NCBI RefSeq assembly: GCF_032062105.1
Contig: NW_026933720.1
Coordinates: forward strand, 434,001-498,000
Direction of reading: 5' to 3'
DNA: 64,000 bases
Source: Saccostrea cucullata
Taxonomy: Eukaryota
Positions within the stretch are counted from its first letter, which is position 1. Every line of letters begins with the position of its first letter. A program made the position numbers and the translations under genes. Below are positions 61,663-64,000 of this stretch, one piece after another. A model generated the notes under the pieces. It was given only the letters and a program-made list of their open reading frames with translations, was not told the origin of the DNA and searched no databases.

Positions 61663-64000
61663 AAGATTCCTCTTGTTCGTTATCGAGAAAGTGAACCCAA
61701 CTAATTTTTTTTTTCATTTTTAACGACGAAATATACTGCTAAAACCTATTTATTTATTGAATATAAATGAAATTCTGTCACAGTCTGAAAGAATATCAAA
61801 ATGATTTCAGTGTAACAAATTTCAGGAGTGCGGTAACTCACAAATTGGAATAAAACAATTTATGTACATAAATGTACATTATGTATTCTTATTTTTATCA
61901 AAATGTTTTAAAGTATCAATAAGATGGATAAATAATGCATGCAGAATGCTTATATGTTAAAATATTTTTTAAAAGAAAATAAAGATCTAGAATTTAGTAT
62001 TTAGAGAAAAAAAATTCATAACTGAAATTTCTTAAATAATGAGAAACAAAACAAAACATCTTCAAATAACGTAAATTAAAGTTAAAATGGTCAACAAACG
62101 GTGTAAAATTTTTACCTTGTATTGTATAGGAAATGTTCCCTTCTTTTAAAATCTGTTAAAGAACAGCTTGGACTGGATTGGTTATATCTATAAGATTTCA
62201 CAAACTGTTTAGTATATAATTCAAATAACAAATGCTATTCTTCCTTACAACGATAAATTACACTTGGAAAATAAAGACTTCCTTTAAAGGATGTTCTTCA
62301 AAATACAACATACATGTATATCAATGAAATATGAGGATAACAAACAGTTATCATGATCATAATTATGTATCTTTAAACCATGCATACACAATTAGTGAGG
62401 AAAAATGCAAACATGTGCGGACCTCCAAGAAAACATTTATCAGAGTTTGGATCATGGGTGAGTACGCATACATAGACAATATTCAGTGTGCACTAACAAA
62501 ATTAGTATGCAAAAACCAACCCAGAGTTGTAAAATAATAACTTTAAAGCAGATTGATAATTTTAACATCAACTTGTTTGTCAATAGCTTGCCTTGTCTTA
62601 GAAAATATTCGCACGTAGAGCATGCGCTTGCGTTTCTAATGAACTGGGAGACATAAACCCCATATGCAGGTGATAAGGGTATATTTATTGATACATATGT
62701 AATCAATTAAAGAGAGCTAACCATAGACGATATAAAGGTAAGTTAAAGTCATCATTTTATCATAAAGTTTTTTTTTGTTGTTAGATTAGGATAAATGTAT
62801 TTTTCTAGAAAGATATCCAAATATGAAATAGATATGTCAGACTCTGTGAATTGTTTGTTTCAAGCTTACTAGGATATATCAACTCAACGTATGAATAGCA
62901 GTAACTATTTAAAAAATAATACGTCGTCGATATACCGTATCTGAATGTCGAGTTGAAGGCCACATCAAGTTTTTTTTTTTTCATGAATAAAAGTTTGAAT
63001 AAATTCTGATTCATATAAATACAAATTAGATCTGCTAAGAACGAGGCGCAGTCAATACCCATGGGGATTCCGATAGATTTTTGGAAAACTTGTATACCTC
63101 TGAAATGATATTACTAATCTATTTTACGATAATTAATATTTTACCCTTACTAATGATTTTGTCAATCAGAAACTCAAACATATAAATAATATCAATCTCA
63201 ATTAAAGTACTTGCGTATACATTCAAAATGTTTATGGAGAGAACGATCATAGGCATTTATGCCTGCTGTTCAATCCAATTCACTGAATAAAATATATTTT
63301 AAACTAAATTTTTTCTGGTATATAATTGTGCTTGAATATAAATTTATTATTTTAAAAAGGGCCAAAATTTAAGGAACCCCGATCTATTTACTGGCGTTAT
63401 CGATATATTAATTTCATAAATATTATGGATTCTGTGGAGGATTATGCCAGGCGATGGGCTAGGCATAAAAAATACCTTGACACGTTGTCAGAATAGATTA
63501 AGTGTATCAGATGTATGTTAAAATCTCGCAGAAAACGATTGAGGGGATTTATTTGTCTTTGAGTGGGCCATCCTTGCAATTACATCATATATTACAATTA
63601 TATATTCCTGTGAGCTTGAAATAAAAAAAAATCAAAGAATCAGACACATCTGTTTAATATTTGATATTTTACTAGAAAGAGACGGTAAATGGGAGCATTA
63701 AAATGGAGCCCCCCTGGAAAAAATTTCTGGATCCGCGCCTGATGGAGAAATATACTTTTTTTATTTTGCTTGTCAAGTTCTTTTGGCCAGAATTTTTTCT
63801 CTTTCAATCATCCCCTTCTCCCCCTTTCATGATTCCGTGCTTCCAAAAATCAGTTTCTTCTGCGAGTCCGAATATGTTAGTGAACGAAACACCATTGATG
63901 TTTGTTAAAATGAAAGTGAAAGTAAACTGTTTCTATGTGTTGTGAAATCAAACAACTTAAAATTTTAAAACTTTATGACAGAAAACAGAAATGTCATTGC

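Overview
AT-rich eukaryotic genomic DNA with spliceosomal introns; the gene content and repeat types suggest a bivalve mollusc, probably an oyster (inference). (1) About 6.3-36.7 kb: a tandem array of five same-strand paralogous 4-exon genes (copies A-E). Each encodes a ~208-aa secreted, 10-Cys protein consisting only of the non-collagenous 'short-chain collagen C4' (spongin/collagen-IV NC1-like) domain, with no Gly-X-Y repeats. All five share a fixed-spacing promoter motif (ACAGAAGG-N11-CTATAAA). Copy B is frameshifted and copy A appears to be a promoter/coding chimera. (2) 41.3-50.4 kb: an intact 15-coding-exon SLC5 Na+/sugar(inositol) symporter of about 655 aa. (3) About 58.3-61.7 kb: a small gene of unknown family (signal peptide, TDxxG repeats, out-of-frame transmembrane tail). 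The remainder is nested, decayed mobile DNA: a Penelope-like element with GIY-YIG upstream of RT (Naiad-type) whose structured 3' end recurs about 12 times, an L2-clade LINE, a deleted BEL/Pao LTR element, a mariner relic, tRNA-derived SINEs, HINE-like elements, many MITEs and a perfect 333-bp inverted repeat. All coordinates and alignments were made by eye.
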